From Octopus sinensis (taxonomy: Eukaryota): a stretch of 64,000 nucleotides of DNA. The translations under genes were made by a program, and so were the position numbers. Within the stretch, counting starts at the first letter, position 1. Each line of letters opens with the position of its first letter. The notes below the pieces were generated by a model. That model was not told where the DNA came from. It saw only the letters and a list, made by a program, of their open reading frames with translations, and searched no databases. The stretch covers positions 12,338,001 to 12,402,000 of the forward strand of contig NC_043001.1 in the NCBI RefSeq assembly GCF_006345805.1, in the 5' to 3' direction. Below, in pieces: positions 12,850 to 25,779 of the stretch.

Positions 12850-13400
12850 TCGTTGGAAGATGCTGAGTGTATGAAGACACTGAGATGTAATAGCAACTGG
12901 AAAACCCCAGGGATAATCAAGGTCCCCAACATCTGTTTGAAACACCTCAACATTACCCATAACAGCTTAATGGCAGCAGTGTTCAATTTATCGATAAGTG
13001 AGCCAGAAGCAACACCAAACTGGATGCAGGAAGCCCAGCCCACCCTAACTCGGAAAGACACTCCGAAAGACACTGTATATCGACAAAATTGCTGACCAAT
13101 AACATGCCTACCAACATCCAAGAAAACCCGCACAGCAGTCATCTATAACCGGTTTATAAAGCACCCGGAAAACAACAACGTCTTACTAGAAGAACAAAAA
13201 AGGGTTCCGGAGAGAGAAATATGTTTGTAAGTAGCAATTTCTGGTAAACCGAGCTATTATAGAGGACTGTAAGAGGAGGAAAACAAACCTGAACGTGATA
13301 TCGATTGATTACCAGAAAGCAATCGGCAGTGTTTCACACTCATGGATGATGCAATCTCTCCATGCGAATAAAGTAGTCCCACCACTATCAAAACATTAAA
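12850..13400 (+). pseudogene. Degenerate Dong/R4-type reverse transcriptase N-terminal region
   Basis: NWKTPG..KVPN..LKHL..FN..PE..PNW..QNC*PITCLPT resembles the NWKAPG...NYRPITCLPT motifs. Confidence 0.7.
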
Positions 13401-13426
13401 CATGCAATGGCAAATTGTTGTTGTGG

Positions 13427-13937
13427 TGACCCTCTTAGGTCATGAATGACCATGGGATTGCACCTAGAAAGTTACCCTCCGAGGTACGAGTCTGGGCAAG
13501 GTTGTTTATGGAAGACCAGCGGTCGCCCACGCATACCAACCTCCCCTCTCCACGCCACCGATGTTATCCAAGGGAAAGGCAAAGGGGCCGATACAGCTTG
13601 GCACCAGTGATGACGCAGCTCATTTATTAACGTGCAAGTGGCTGATCACTCCACAGACACGTATACCCTTAACGTAGTTCTTGGGGAGATTCAGCGAGAC
13701 ACAAAGTGTGATAAGCCTGGCCCTTTGAAATACAGGTACAACAGAAACAGGAAGAAAGAGCGAGAGAAAGTTGTGGTGCAAAAGTACAGCAGGGCTCACC
13801 ACCCCTTCCTTGCCGGAGACTCGTGGAGCTTTAGGTGTTTTCGCTCAATAAACACTCACAATGCCTGGTCTGGGAATCGAAATCGCGACCCTACGACCGC
13901 GAGTCTGCTGCCCTAACCGCTGGGCCATTGCGCCTCC
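13427..13937 (-). mobile_element. Chimeric SINE: family C 5' part (13626-13937) fused to family D 3' part (13427-13625)
   Basis: The two parts match 14192-14575 and 21082-21403 respectively, on the same strand, with an abrupt junction. Confidence 0.85.
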
Positions 13938-14191
13938 AAAAGCAAACAGTTAACCAGCATAACATTAAGAAGAGGAATTTTCCTGTGAGACTCGCTGTTA
14001 TCTCTACTTTTCTGCCTTACTCTGACACTGCTAACAAACTTGTTAAACGAAACAACCAATATTATCACAATCATCATAAACATGATCATTAACACCTCCC
14101 TTATCATCACTGCCGAAGTAAGTTGTCTCCACCTTCTACATTTCTCGTTACTAACAGCTACTGCTTCGTATTATCCCTATAGCTGTCAGTC

Positions 14192-14575
14192 GGAGGCGCA
14201 ATGGCCCAGTGGTTAGGGCAGCGGACTCGCGGTCGTAGGATCGCGGTTTCGATTCACAGACCGGGCGTTGTGAGTGTTTATTGAGCGAAAACACCTAAAG
14301 CTCCACGAGGCTCCGGCAGGGGATGGTGGTGATCCCTGCTGTACTCTTTCACCACAACTTTCTCTCACTCTTACTTCCTGTTTCTGTTGTACCTGTATTT
14401 CAAAGGGCCGGCCTTGTCACTCTCTGTGTCACGCTGAATATCCGCGAGAACTACGTTAAGGGTACACGTGTCTGTGGAGTGCTCAGCCACTTACACGTTA
14501 ATTTCACGAGCAGGCTGTTCCGTTGATCGGATCAACTGGAACCCTCGTCGTCGTAACCGACGGAGTGCTTCCATT
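14192..14575 (+). mobile_element. tRNA(Arg-like)-derived SINE family C, full length
   Basis: A box TGGCCCAGTGG, B box GTTTCGATTC; candidate TSD ATAGCTGTC at 14179-14187 and 14578-14586. Confidence 0.92.
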
Positions 14576-14587
14576 CCATAGCTGTCT

Positions 14588-14681
14588 ACATCAAGTTTAG
14601 ATGTATTGCTATCATTACCATTATTACTGACACCACATCAAGTTTAGATGTAGTACTATCATTACCATTATTACTGACACC
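14588..14681. repeat. 47-bp tandem duplication
   Basis: ACATCAAGTTTAGATGT...ACTGACACC occurs twice. Confidence 0.9.
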
Positions 14682-15212
14682 ACCTTGGCACATCACCCGT
14701 CATTTTATCCGCACCCTCTCTTCAGGCAAATGGCTGTCATTCGGCACCTGGCCTAATCTTTCTTTGCAGTTAAAGATTTATTAAAATACCTTTTATTCTT
14801 TAGGAATTCATTCAGGTTTTATCTTAGAACAAAACTATTCTGTCACGGTCAGTATATTAATTTCTATTATAAATCAATTCTTCAAATTATATGTTTCATA
14901 AATGTTTATAATCCTCACATTTGCTCCCAAATTTTCCATTAATTCATGACGTTCTTCGTAATTGTAAAATATACGCTTAATTTTAAAATAACATATCTGA
15001 CAATTACTTTATTTCAATGGATTTAATCGTTGCAAATATATTTTGATTTATATTTATTTTAAGCGTCTAAATTACTACCATATACTGATGTGAGGTCTCA
15101 ATTAATTTGAATTGCTATATATTGCGATAATCATTCTTGTCTTACATTCCTACTATCTCCACTACAATTTAAACATACATATATATATATATTTATATAT
15201 ATATATATATAT

Positions 15213-15243
<31 letters not shown>

Positions 15244-15266
15244 ATATATACATACATACATATATA

Positions 15267-15300
<34 letters not shown>

Positions 15301-15358
15301 ATATATACATACATATATACATACATACATATATAATATATATATATATCACTTATAC

Positions 15359-15525
15359 GCGTAGGAGTGGCTGTGTGGCATGTAGCTTGCTTACGAACCA
15401 CATGATTCCGAGTTCAGTCCCACAGCCTGGCACCTAGGGCAAGTGTCTTCTACTATAGCGTTGGGCCGACCAAGCCTTGTGAGTGGATTTGGTAGTCGGA
15501 AACTGAAAGAAGCCAGTCGTATATG
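15359..15525 (+). mobile_element. SINE family A 5' half
   Basis: Head present up to GAAGCCAGTCGTATAT, then truncated. Confidence 0.88.
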
Positions 15526-16043
15526 TGTCCACTTTTAGTCCACTTGCACTCTAAAACTGGAAGTCCTTTTATTCGTTTATCTTTACTACATTTAATGAAT
15601 TTCGAAAGTTCTTTCAAATCAGTTTTAATAAATATGTTCTCTATTTTTTCCTGTTTGTAATATATTCCTTATGAAGAGATACATTTCTTACCCATATAAC
15701 CATTCGCAATTAAACACGTTATTTCATAACAAAAAGTGCTATGACTACACCTTTCTTAGAATCATTATAATTTTTCGGACACATACAGAAGCCACACGCA
15801 CACGTATTCATACACACTCACACGCGCACACACTCACAAACGCACATATACTTCTAATAATGCAAACATCATCGTATATACACGGTATGCGTGGGATCGA
15901 ATATATATGAGTTTGAGCATCCCCTCATAATACACATACACACATACACACACGGGGACCAGAATTCCATTAATCAGAAACTTTGCCTGGTCCATAGTAT
16001 TTTCAGTCTAGATCATAAGCATCTTTTATCGTTGTATTTATTA

Positions 16044-16390
16044 CTAGCATTATCGCCCGGCGTTGCTCGGGTTTGTTTCGACCCTTTAGAATTGGAATTT
16101 GTGAAAAGTAAAAATGGCGCATTACGTAGCTTTTTATTCTCTTTAAGTGAACATTTTTCTGGTTGGCATACACCGAAATATGGCGACATAGCAGTCAAAT
16201 AATCGTAAAAAGTAGGGATTTTCATAGAATAAAAACATCCTTTTGATGTAAAGCATTTTTGGTGTTAACATAGTACGATTTGCATTTTATCATCTAGGGA
16301 TAGTCTTCTATCATACTATCAATTTTGGTCAACTTGCACCGCAGGGTCTCGGAGGAGATAGTGCTAGTTGAAGGCTATATAGAGAGATTT
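16044..16390 (-). mobile_element. Non-autonomous Helitron, different body but same 3' terminus as family H
   Basis: Reverse complement of CCCGAGCAACGCCGGGCGATAATGCTAG-T. Confidence 0.75.
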
Positions 16391-17205
16391 TTGAGGCACG
16401 AGATTCACTGAAAGGAAAATATATAAAAAACTAAACATCTGAAAAGTAATGCATGTAGCATAACTATTATCACATAGTTTGCTATTAAAACCCATCGGAA
16501 GACAACTTTGAACCTCATTCCATACAACCTAAAGAATCAACAGATTTTGATGCATGAGAGTCATATTGGACGATTACATCCCTACATATTGTTTAACATT
16601 ACCTCGATTATCAATTTCTTATTCAATGAAATATTTTACTTTTATTTATATTTTCCTATTATTCACTATAAATTCTGTGAAGACATAGGAAATATATTCA
16701 TTCGTTGATACGGTATATATGACCGAATGGCAGACGACATGATTCCTGCATACCCTCTTTCAATTATTAGCTAATAGTGATATATTTATTATTCTGTATA
16801 ACTTTTCTTGCTTTTGTTCACCATAAGGCAAGCATTGTCCAAGATTTTCGTCTACAATGCAATGCTGTAATATTTAAGAATTTATCACAATATTGCTAAC
16901 AAAATGGCTTCCCTTCATTTAGCAGAGATTAGCATACACTGCATTGCTATTTTGTATTTATTATATTATTATGCATTGTATTTATTATATTAGAGAGCTT
17001 ATACATATATGTCTATGTAAATGCATGCATGCACATGTACACTTCTTTATGAATACAGAAGCCCAAACAAAACAAAAAACATATATACATATCACAACAT
17101 GGCGCCATAAATGGTTGGGCAGTGGTCTTATTGGATAATTTTGTGTTCGCTATTTTCCATTTCCATTTAAAATTCCCGTAACTAACCTGCTATCATTTGA
17201 AAAGT

Positions 17206-17553
17206 GGAGGCGCAATGGCCCAGTGGTTAGGGCAGCGGACTCGCGGTCGTAGGATCGCGGTTTCGATTCCCAGACCGGGCGTTGTGAGTGTTTATTGAGC
17301 GAAAACACCTACAGCTCCATGAGGCTCCGGCAGGGATGGTGGTGATCCCTGCTGTACTCTTTCACCACAACTTTCTCTCACTCTTTCTTCCTGTTTCTGT
17401 TGTACCTGTATTTCAAAGAGCCGGCCTTGTCACTCTCCGTATCACGCTGAATCTCCCCAAGAACTGCGTTAAGGGTACACGTGTCTGTGGAGTGCTCAGC
17501 CACTTACACGTTAATTTCACGAGCAGGCTTTTCCGTTGATTCGGAGTGCTTCC
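17206..17553 (+). mobile_element. SINE family C with 12-bp TSD
   Basis: TSD ATCATTTGAAAA at 17192-17203 and 17554-17565; small deletion near the 3' end. Confidence 0.93.
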
Positions 17554-18083
17554 ATCATTTGAAAAACTACTTATTGGCTCCAAAAATTTAAGCAAATATT
17601 CCTTACTAACGCTGATGAAATTTCTCTGCTCATTGCTTTAACCAGTCATTTCTGCAGTAGCTGTTTTATATTTTCTTCCTATTAACGGCATTTTTAAAAA
17701 TATATTTTCACCCGTTTCTACTCCAATATCGTTACCTACATGTTATAGCTTGTGTCTAATGTTCAATCCTCTGTCTTTCTTTCACCTGCTTCTTTTCTAT
17801 CATAATTTTTTTCCCTTCGATGATCTTTATTGAACATATCTTTATTTCCACCAGGGTTAATTCGATATTTCGTTATCAATAATCTCTACGAGCCAGGAAT
17901 GACACAAAAAAAAAACTGTTAAGAAATTCCTTAAATATATAAAACGTCATCAGTTCTGTCATTTAGGGTTTAGAAAATCGATCATGTATTAATGTAGAGA
18001 TAATTTTACCTGCTCACAAAAAAGCACAGAAGGAATAAGAGCAACGGTGATAGGCTTGAAGAACATGAAGAAAATAGACAATA

Positions 18084-18385
18084 ATGATGATGATGATGTT
18101 CTCCTTTCATCTCCTCCCTCCTCCTTCTATATTACTACTACCGGTACTACTACAACTACTGCAACTATTACTGCTGCTACTACTTCCTCCATTTCCTACC
18201 ACTAGTACGACTACTGACACCTTCTCCCCCTCCACCACTACTGCTACTTCCCCCTCCTCCACTTGTACTACTACCATTACTACTATCTTCCCTACTTCTC
18301 TTCCTACTGTAACAACTACTACCACCACCACCACCACCACAACCACTACTATGACTGACACCACCAAAACCATCACTACTTCTAA

Positions 18386-18432
<47 letters not shown>

Positions 18433-18455
18433 ATAATAATAATAATAATAATATT
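18084..18455. repeat. Degenerate (ACT)/(ACC)/(AAT) trinucleotide complex
   Basis: Seen directly. Confidence 0.9.
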
Positions 18456-18459
18456 ACAA

Positions 18460-18710
18460 ATGGTGGTGATAATGATATTTGCATATCACGAAAGGTGAAC
18501 AAATATTGTGACTTGAAAATTAAGATCACCAAGTTGTGAAAACTGCGAGAGTCAAATATAAGTTTTGTTGCTGCTATCATCAGAACATTGAGTGCAATAA
18601 CACCCAGCCTGAAGAAACATCTGGAACCCTAGAAATACCTTATAAGGTTGATGTATTGAAAAAAAATCAACTATACAGAGACTGCATCCATACTGAGTAA
18701 AATATTGAGT
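18460..18710 (+). pseudogene. Degenerate Dong/R4 C-terminal fragment after (AAT)n
   Basis: KVNKYCDLKIKITKL*K..AIIRTLSAI..TASILSKIL aligns by eye to KYKDLEIEVTRMW..TAHILRRTL. Confidence 0.6.
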
Positions 18711-18845
18711 AAAGTACATCGGACCTTGTACTCAACTGGAATTTACTTAATCCATCTCGAAAGAATGGAGAGGAAAGTGGACTTCAGTGGCATTGGAACA
18801 CAACCGCAAAGATGGACGCAAGATGGATATGAGATCAGCATGTCA

Positions 18846-18876
<31 letters not shown>

Positions 18877-18889
18877 CTATATATATAAA

Positions 18890-19090
18890 GTTAATCCAAA
18901 CAAAAAAACACAAGTAAAACAGAACAACGCGAGGACGTGGAACAAATAAAGCAATATTGGACGCTCAGGAAAGAAGGGAAGAAGGAGGTTGAAAGGTTTC
19001 GAGCGGAGCTCTTCGTCGGAAACATAGAAGGAAAGAACCCGAGAATGGAAGACAGAGGAAAAAAATCGCCAGCGGTACTCACGAGGTCAG
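18890..19090 (-). mobile_element. Penelope-type pseudo-LTR remnant with variant HHR (18990-19024)
   Basis: CCGACGA-A-GAGC-TCC-GCTC-GAAA; related to 60770-60955; ends in (TA)n. Confidence 0.55.
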
Positions 19091-19179
19091 ATATGGAGAT
19101 GTACTTGCATAACATGTGACCTCATCTGAGATCGTGTGCTGGAACGAAAACAATTGCAGCGTGGAAGGTGTTTTTAAGC

Positions 19180-19380
19180 CATTTTAGAAACACACAAAAC
19201 TGTTAAATTCACTACAAAGTTTAAATTTAATTTGACAAAATTAAATGAGACAGCGAACTGTTCGCTGCCAAAATTCCGTGCAGCACGTATTTAGTTAGTC
19301 GTGGTCTCAAAACGACGAAAATATTTTGGCAAATTAAATTTAAATGTTGAAGAGAATCGCAGGGTTTTTGTGTTTTTGTT
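19180..19380. mobile_element. Palindromic MITE-like element
   Basis: Imperfect inverted arms AAACACACAAAA..TTTAAATTTAATTTGACAAAAT and ATTTTGGCAAATTAAATTTAAA..TTTTTGTGTTT; related copy at 38890-39435 is split by a Helitron. Confidence 0.65.
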
Positions 19381-19564
19381 ATATAAATATGAAAAATATA
19401 TATATATATGTTTATATGCATGTATGAATATATATATATATATTTATATATATATATATATATGAGAAAAAGAGAAAACAGAGAAATTGACATAATAGAC
19501 ATCAATTTAATAAGAACATAAAATCTGCATATGAAATTTGTTTAAAAAAGAAATAACTGTGCCA

Positions 19565-19596
<32 letters not shown>

Positions 19597-19739
19597 ATAT
19601 ATATGAAATTTAAAACTTTATTGAATTGATACGTAGTACATTTCACTTAAAATTACTACTTGTGTTTTTTTAACTAATTTAATCACGGATGATTCTTGAG
19701 ATACAAACTTAAATTAAATCGTTTTTTTGTATATAATAC

Positions 19740-20753
19740 TGTTACGAACCTGCCGTCGCTCAACTCGAACACGGGACTCTACTAAGTCGAGCGACGACGA
19801 TTGACCAGCTCAGTCAAACGGAATCCGCCACAGAGAGAAAATGGTGGGGGAGATGGCAGCGAACTCGAACCGGCGACCGGAGATAACAACATCAACAACA
19901 ACAACAGGGGGAAGAGAGACACTGCAGAAGGCAATCACTTACATTAAAAACAGTTTATACGACTATTACGACATCAAATAAAATGTGATACATAGCAGAT
20001 ACATTAAAGAAAATAACATGCAACAGAATTAAAAAGAAAAACAACAAAGGTATGCACGATACAGAACGTCCGAAACAATCAAAACAAATGTTCAGTGCAA
20101 TACAGTTCGAAATAGTTCAACATTAAAGTCTTTCTCTTTCTTTCTTTTTCTCTTCAATACAATTCACAATGTTCTTTTTTTGACACAATTCTTTTTTTAG
20201 TTCAACAATTCTTTTTTTTCAGTTCTTTTCTTTCAACACCAAAGTTCAACAACAAAAGACATAAACAAAACTTTACCGAACGTTTTTCCAGTGTGCAACA
20301 ATTTCAGATCCTACTACAATAGCCGCAAGCCCTCTCTTTCGCTTTACATGTCCCCAATGCTATCTGCCTGTCTTTCTCGCCACGCTTGTCATCCTCTTCT
20401 CTACCTCTCGCTTGTCATCTCTCACATTCACTGTCTGTCTTTCTCAACATTGTCGTTGCCTCTCGCCAACATCACCTTCTCGGCTGAGCGTCCGTATCGA
20501 CTGCTGTCTTTTGCCAACTGACTCTTTTCCGGCCCTTTTGCTGTCTCAGGCATAACTGACCAACCCAGGTCAACTCTCTCTCGCCAACTGATCAACAAAC
20601 CCAGCTCGTCGCATTTTAAAGGGTGGTTTCTTAAACTGTCCCTGATCGGAAAAGGGTCAGATGTCTCTTTCGAACCCATTAATATCTCCAGAAATTGGCA
20701 GGACAAAGGTTTTAACCCGTCTGCCTGGCGCCAAACCACAAAACCAGGTCACA
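19740..20753 (-). mobile_element. Possible solo LTR (~1 kb)
   Basis: TGTTAC...GTCACA termini, GC-richer than the flanks, no meaningful ORF; no convincing TSD. Confidence 0.45.
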
Positions 20754-21012
20754 AGCACTCTTTCTCCGAATGACCTCGTATCAATAGGTTTACATCTACA
20801 TAAAACCTAACGCCCATACTTACTATTGATTTTATATTTTAAAATTAATATATCAACTAAGAATTACGTAATATTTATATTTATAATTGTATATGTATAT
20901 TTTGTGTGCCTGTGTTTGTTCCCTCACCATCGGTAACACAAGTACTGCGTATAAAGATATAATATATATATATATCTATATATATATATATAATATATAT
21001 AATATATATATA

Positions 21013-21043
<31 letters not shown>

Positions 21044-21081
21044 CAATACATATATATACATATATATACATATATATATTA

Positions 21082-21403
21082 AAGACCCCCTTCGGTCATG
21101 AATGACCATGGGATTGCACCTAGAAAGTTACCCTCCTAGAAACAAGTCCGGGCAGGTTGTTTATGGAAGACCCGCAGTCGCCCATGCATACCAGCCTCCC
21201 CTCTCCCACGCCACCCAGTGTTATCAAGGGAAAGACAAAGGTCGATACAGCTTGGCACCAGTGACATCGCAACTCATTTCTAGAGCTGAGTGAACTGGAG
21301 CAACGTGAAATAAAGTGCCTTGCTCAAGAACACAACACCCAGCCCCGGTCCGGATTCGAGCTCACAACCTCACGATCGTAAGCTCGACGCTCTAACCACT
21401 GAG
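21082..21403 (-). mobile_element. tRNA-derived SINE family D (CORE-like body)
   Basis: Head CTCAGTGGTTAGAGCG..GCTCGAATCC, then TGTGTTCTTGAGCAAGGCACTTTATTTCAC. Confidence 0.85.
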
Positions 21404-21484
21404 ATATATGCATATACATTTATATATATATACATATATATACATATATCTATACATATATATATTACATATATATATATAATT

Positions 21485-21564
<80 letters not shown>

Positions 21565-21565
<1 letters not shown>

Positions 21566-21740
21566 TTTGGTGCATGAGACCGTCTGATGCAGCTGCCCTC
21601 ATCTGCACCTCCTGCCGTGAAGTTGGTTCATCTGGGACACCTGAGAGGAAGATGTCCAGTTTTAATTTGAAGACAACTAAATCCACCCCATGCAGGTCCT
21701 TCATGTCCTTCGGGAGGATATTGAAGAGCTGTGGACCTGT
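21565..21740 (-). mobile_element. 3' end of CR1-group LINE
   Basis: GPQLFNILPK..FKLKLDIFLSGVPDEP; similar to the C-terminus near 46850-46980. Confidence 0.7.
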
Positions 21741-22528
21741 ATATTTTTCCTTTGTTTCATGCATTGGATATGGTGAGAGCTATATTCCAGGCCTAGGAAT
21801 ATGCTCAGAGACGGAAAACTATATTTTCAATAGAGCTGGTTTGAGATAATATCTGCATTTAGGTGTTTTTTTACAGCATAAGCAAATACTCATAAAGTAC
21901 ACTGTAGAGAAATATCTACATCAGAATTTACGGATTATAAATACATAATCATTATGCATTGGTGAATTAACATTTACAGCGGGAAAATATCGGAAATTAT
22001 TTGTCTGTGTATAAATACGCGTAGAGATACGCTCTGCCTATATAGGCGTGAATAATATACCCGAATATAACTATGTAAGCACGTTGCGTGATTTTAACGG
22101 CTTAGTTATTTAATCATTTATGTGATCCTTTCAATGTAAAAGCAAACAGAAAATATATTTACTTCTGAATACACTTTAGGTTACAGCTATATCATAAACA
22201 AATTCTTATCTAATTATTGGTGAATAAGAATCTGCATGAGATTCCTGGTAGTTTGAGTGATCTGTTACAATATTATATGCAGGCAATCATCAAACATATA
22301 CAATTCCAATCATAAGCAGTGATATCCATTGCAATATATATATATATATAATGTGTATATATATTATATATATATATATATTATTATATATATATATATA
22401 TATACATACATATAGATAATATATATGTATATATATGCGTGTATGTATATGAATATATATATATGTCTACATATATATATGTGTGTGTATATATATGTAC
22501 ACACCTATATTATATATATGTATATACG

Positions 22529-22565
<37 letters not shown>

Positions 22566-22612
22566 ACATATATATATATATCATTATGTGTGTGTATGTA
22601 ATGTGTATATAA

Positions 22613-22652
<40 letters not shown>

Positions 22653-22664
22653 TATATATATAAT

Positions 22665-22695
<31 letters not shown>

Positions 22696-22696
22696 C

Positions 22697-22958
22697 ACCT
22701 TGGACTGACCAGTCCGTCAGTCGCATTTGACACCGCTGGTCACAGCACGTGTCCACTCCTCTCTGGATCGCGCCTTTCTCATCCAAGTGATCCCAATCGT
22801 CCTCTGAAATCGTAACTCCACCGTCGTGGTGGTCTTCCGGGCGGTCTTTTCCGCTCACGCGGGGTACCACTCGACAACTGCGTGCGTCCACCGATTATCG
22901 GTGAGCCGGGTGACGTGTCCAGCCCATCTATACTTGTTGCGTGTATGCTCTGCGAATA
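22697..22958 (-). mobile_element. 3' end of RTE-clade LINE
   Basis: Translation KYRWAGHVTRLTDNRWTHAVVEWYP is a typical RTE ORF2 C-terminal motif. Confidence 0.8.
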
Positions 22959-22982
22959 TACACAGTATACTGTAGTATACAG

Positions 22983-23022
<40 letters not shown>

Positions 23023-23616
23023 GATATATTATATATATATAATATATATATATATGCATACATATAGTATTTAAATACGGTTATAGCAAATGTAGGATAT
23101 TGAACGGGAGACCATATGTGCAACTTCAACACGTATCTGTTCCACGATATAGTTATTTACGATTAAGTTTCAATCGGGTTAGGAATATTCCCTTCCATTA
23201 TATTTTAATCAGTTAAGAGTATATGCATGAGATTAGTGCTAAAATAAGCATACGAGATATAAGATACATATCAATGTGCACATATCGGTATCTATTTTAA
23301 TATCAACATGACCATGAAATACATTATAATCTCTATGGAGTCGTATTATAGGAGTAACAATATGCTTTCATATCTCGGCTAGTATATGTGTTTATAAGTA
23401 TATGCGTATGTCAAAGCAAAATCGTTATTAATGAATATCTATTTATGTTCTGGTATTTGCGGGGAAGCGTTTGATAGGGAATAGAAATGTCCAGATTAAT
23501 ATAGATATATACACACAGGTAAATACCTGAGCGTACGAATAAACTACACTATCTATTTATGTATTCGTCAATGTGTAGCTTTGCATCAAAAAGTATATTC
23601 GTATGTATATGTATGC

Positions 23617-23675
<59 letters not shown>

Positions 23676-23886
23676 CGGTATATTTGAAGTATTAATTTAT
23701 AAAAATTATGGTTAAAGTAAACAAATTCACTACCGCACACCGCACGAACTTTTCAGAAATAGCAGCCAAAAATTTGGCTAATTTCTTCAACTGCAAGTAA
23801 AAGTCTCCAGAGACAATGCATACTCAGAAAATAACTCACATAGGTATAAGGGAAAAACAATGAAAGATCACATCCATATAAGATAC

Positions 23887-23946
23887 CCGAGGACAGCCTG
23901 TTTCTGGATTCGTGGGTTAAACGCCACTTTTCCTTCATCAGCTCAG
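23887..23946 (-). ncRNA. Type I hammerhead ribozyme motif
   Basis: CUGAG-CUGAUGA-A-GGA..GUGG/CCAC..UCC-A-GAAA-CAGGCUG-UC|CUCGG; stems I-III pair; GUC cleavage triplet. Confidence 0.75.
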
Positions 23947-24297
23947 AGATTTCTTCTGATTTTGATTTGAAAATACTAAAAATCAAACATACCCATCCGA
24001 TTCCTTTTACATACCGAATACTGCTTGGTCGAATTGATTAACAATTAATTAATTCTACCCTTTTTTACTGACAATATAATGCTTTCTCTCCAAGAACTTG
24101 AATTACAGTTTTTGCCTCTGTAGGAATGTACTACTCTATGACTCACGTGGGGGGACAGGGAGAATGAGATAATAGATATCTTGTATTTTTGGATTCCCTA
24201 GTACTGGGTGTGTCCAGCATTAGTTGTCGATGTTACAGATATCGGATGGGTGTATGTTTGATTCTTAGTATTTTCAAATCCAAATCAGAAGAAATCT

Positions 24298-24358
24298 CTG
24301 AGCTGATGAAGGAAAGTGGCGTTTTTTAACCCACGAATCAGAAACAGGCTGTCCTCGG
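24298..24358 (+). ncRNA. Type I hammerhead ribozyme motif (second arm)
   Basis: Same motif as 23887-23946 with one C missing in stem II. Confidence 0.7.
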
Positions 24359-24635
24359 GTATCTTATATGGATGTGATCTTTCATTGTTTTCCCTTATAC
24401 CTATGTGAGTTATTTTCTGAGTATGCATTGTCTGGAGACTTTTACTTGCAGTTGAAGAAATAGCCAAATTTTTGGCTGCTATCTCTGAAAAGTTCGGTGT
24501 GCGGTAAAGTGAATTTTTTTACTTTACCATATTTTTATAAATTAATACTTCAAATATACCGTAAATGGTCCTTTTACATACCGAATACTGCTTGGTCGAA
24601 TTGATTAACATTAATTAATTCTACCCTTTTTTACT

Positions 24636-24691
<56 letters not shown>

Positions 24692-25057
24692 TATGTCTGT
24701 GTGTGCTTGTGCGCGTGTGTGTAAGTGTGTCTTATGGTATGTTGTGTGTGTGTGCGTGTATAGAGTGCTTTACCATTTTGATATCTCCGTGTCGAATATA
24801 TTACAAAAGTGAGCTTATATTTCGTAAAATAGTCGAAGGAATCAACATATTTTAGTCTCACTGACAGCTAACCTAATATCGCCTTCTAAGAGTATTATTA
24901 TGGGTCGCATATTTGAAGAATATGTAAATATTTTCTTTGTTTTTATCCAGGATAGGTTCCTGAAATCATTTGCATCTGCATTCCCCAAAACAAATTTCTT
25001 TGTAAGACTGCCCTCAACCATTTTCATATACATACATAGAAGTATATATACATACAT

Positions 25058-25101
<44 letters not shown>

Positions 25102-25124
25102 TATATATATATATATTAATATAT

Positions 25125-25158
<34 letters not shown>

Positions 25159-25309
25159 TTATATACACACTCAGTTTCAACAACAACACAGATGATTTGT
25201 TTGTAGTGATCAAATGTTGTGTACACATAGGCTTACTCCCTCCATCAGATAGATATTACCTGTACAGTTGCAACGAGTGCTACATGTCAGATGTCAAAAT
25301 AATCGCAAA

Positions 25310-25423
25310 TCAACGTGACATGAAGTGCTTTACTCAAGAACACAACGCAACGCCCGGTCTGGGAATCGAAACCATAATCACCCAATCGTGAGTGCAACAC
25401 ATTAACCACTAAATGATGCGCCT
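25310..25423 (-). mobile_element. Degenerate tRNA-SINE head (C/D-like)
   Basis: CTCAAGAACACAACGCAACGCCCGGTCTGGGAATCGAAACC. Confidence 0.65.
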
Positions 25424-25477
25424 TCTTGTGCCGTCGACGTTTGCTTAATATTCTCTATGAGAGAGAGAGACACACAA

Positions 25478-25522
<45 letters not shown>

Positions 25523-25584
25523 CACAAATGCACAGGGAGAGTGAATTATAGATAGATAGATATAGATAGATAGATAGATAATAG

Positions 25585-25619
<35 letters not shown>

Positions 25620-25779
25620 GTAAACGGATGCATATACATACACAAACACATATACAAACACATATATATACACAAACATATATATATCTGTGCCTATGTG
25701 TCTGTGTGTGTCATTATATGTATGAACGTGTTAGTATATCTATCTGTCTATCTCTCGCTATATAAATATAAATGCCTAG

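Larger units (their letters stand above)
23671..24640 (+). mobile_element. Penelope-type pseudo-LTR element with ~330-bp inverted arms (X'-Y-Z-X-Y) within (TA)n
   Basis: 23671-24001 is the reverse complement of 24241-24566; Y (24002-24072) recurs at 24569-24638; each arm has an HHR. Confidence 0.8.

Noticed and set aside
14192-14270. Functional tRNA genes at SINE heads (also families A, B, D, E)
   Set aside because: A/B boxes are present but no clean cloverleaf is evident, and the heads run into SINE bodies, several with TSDs
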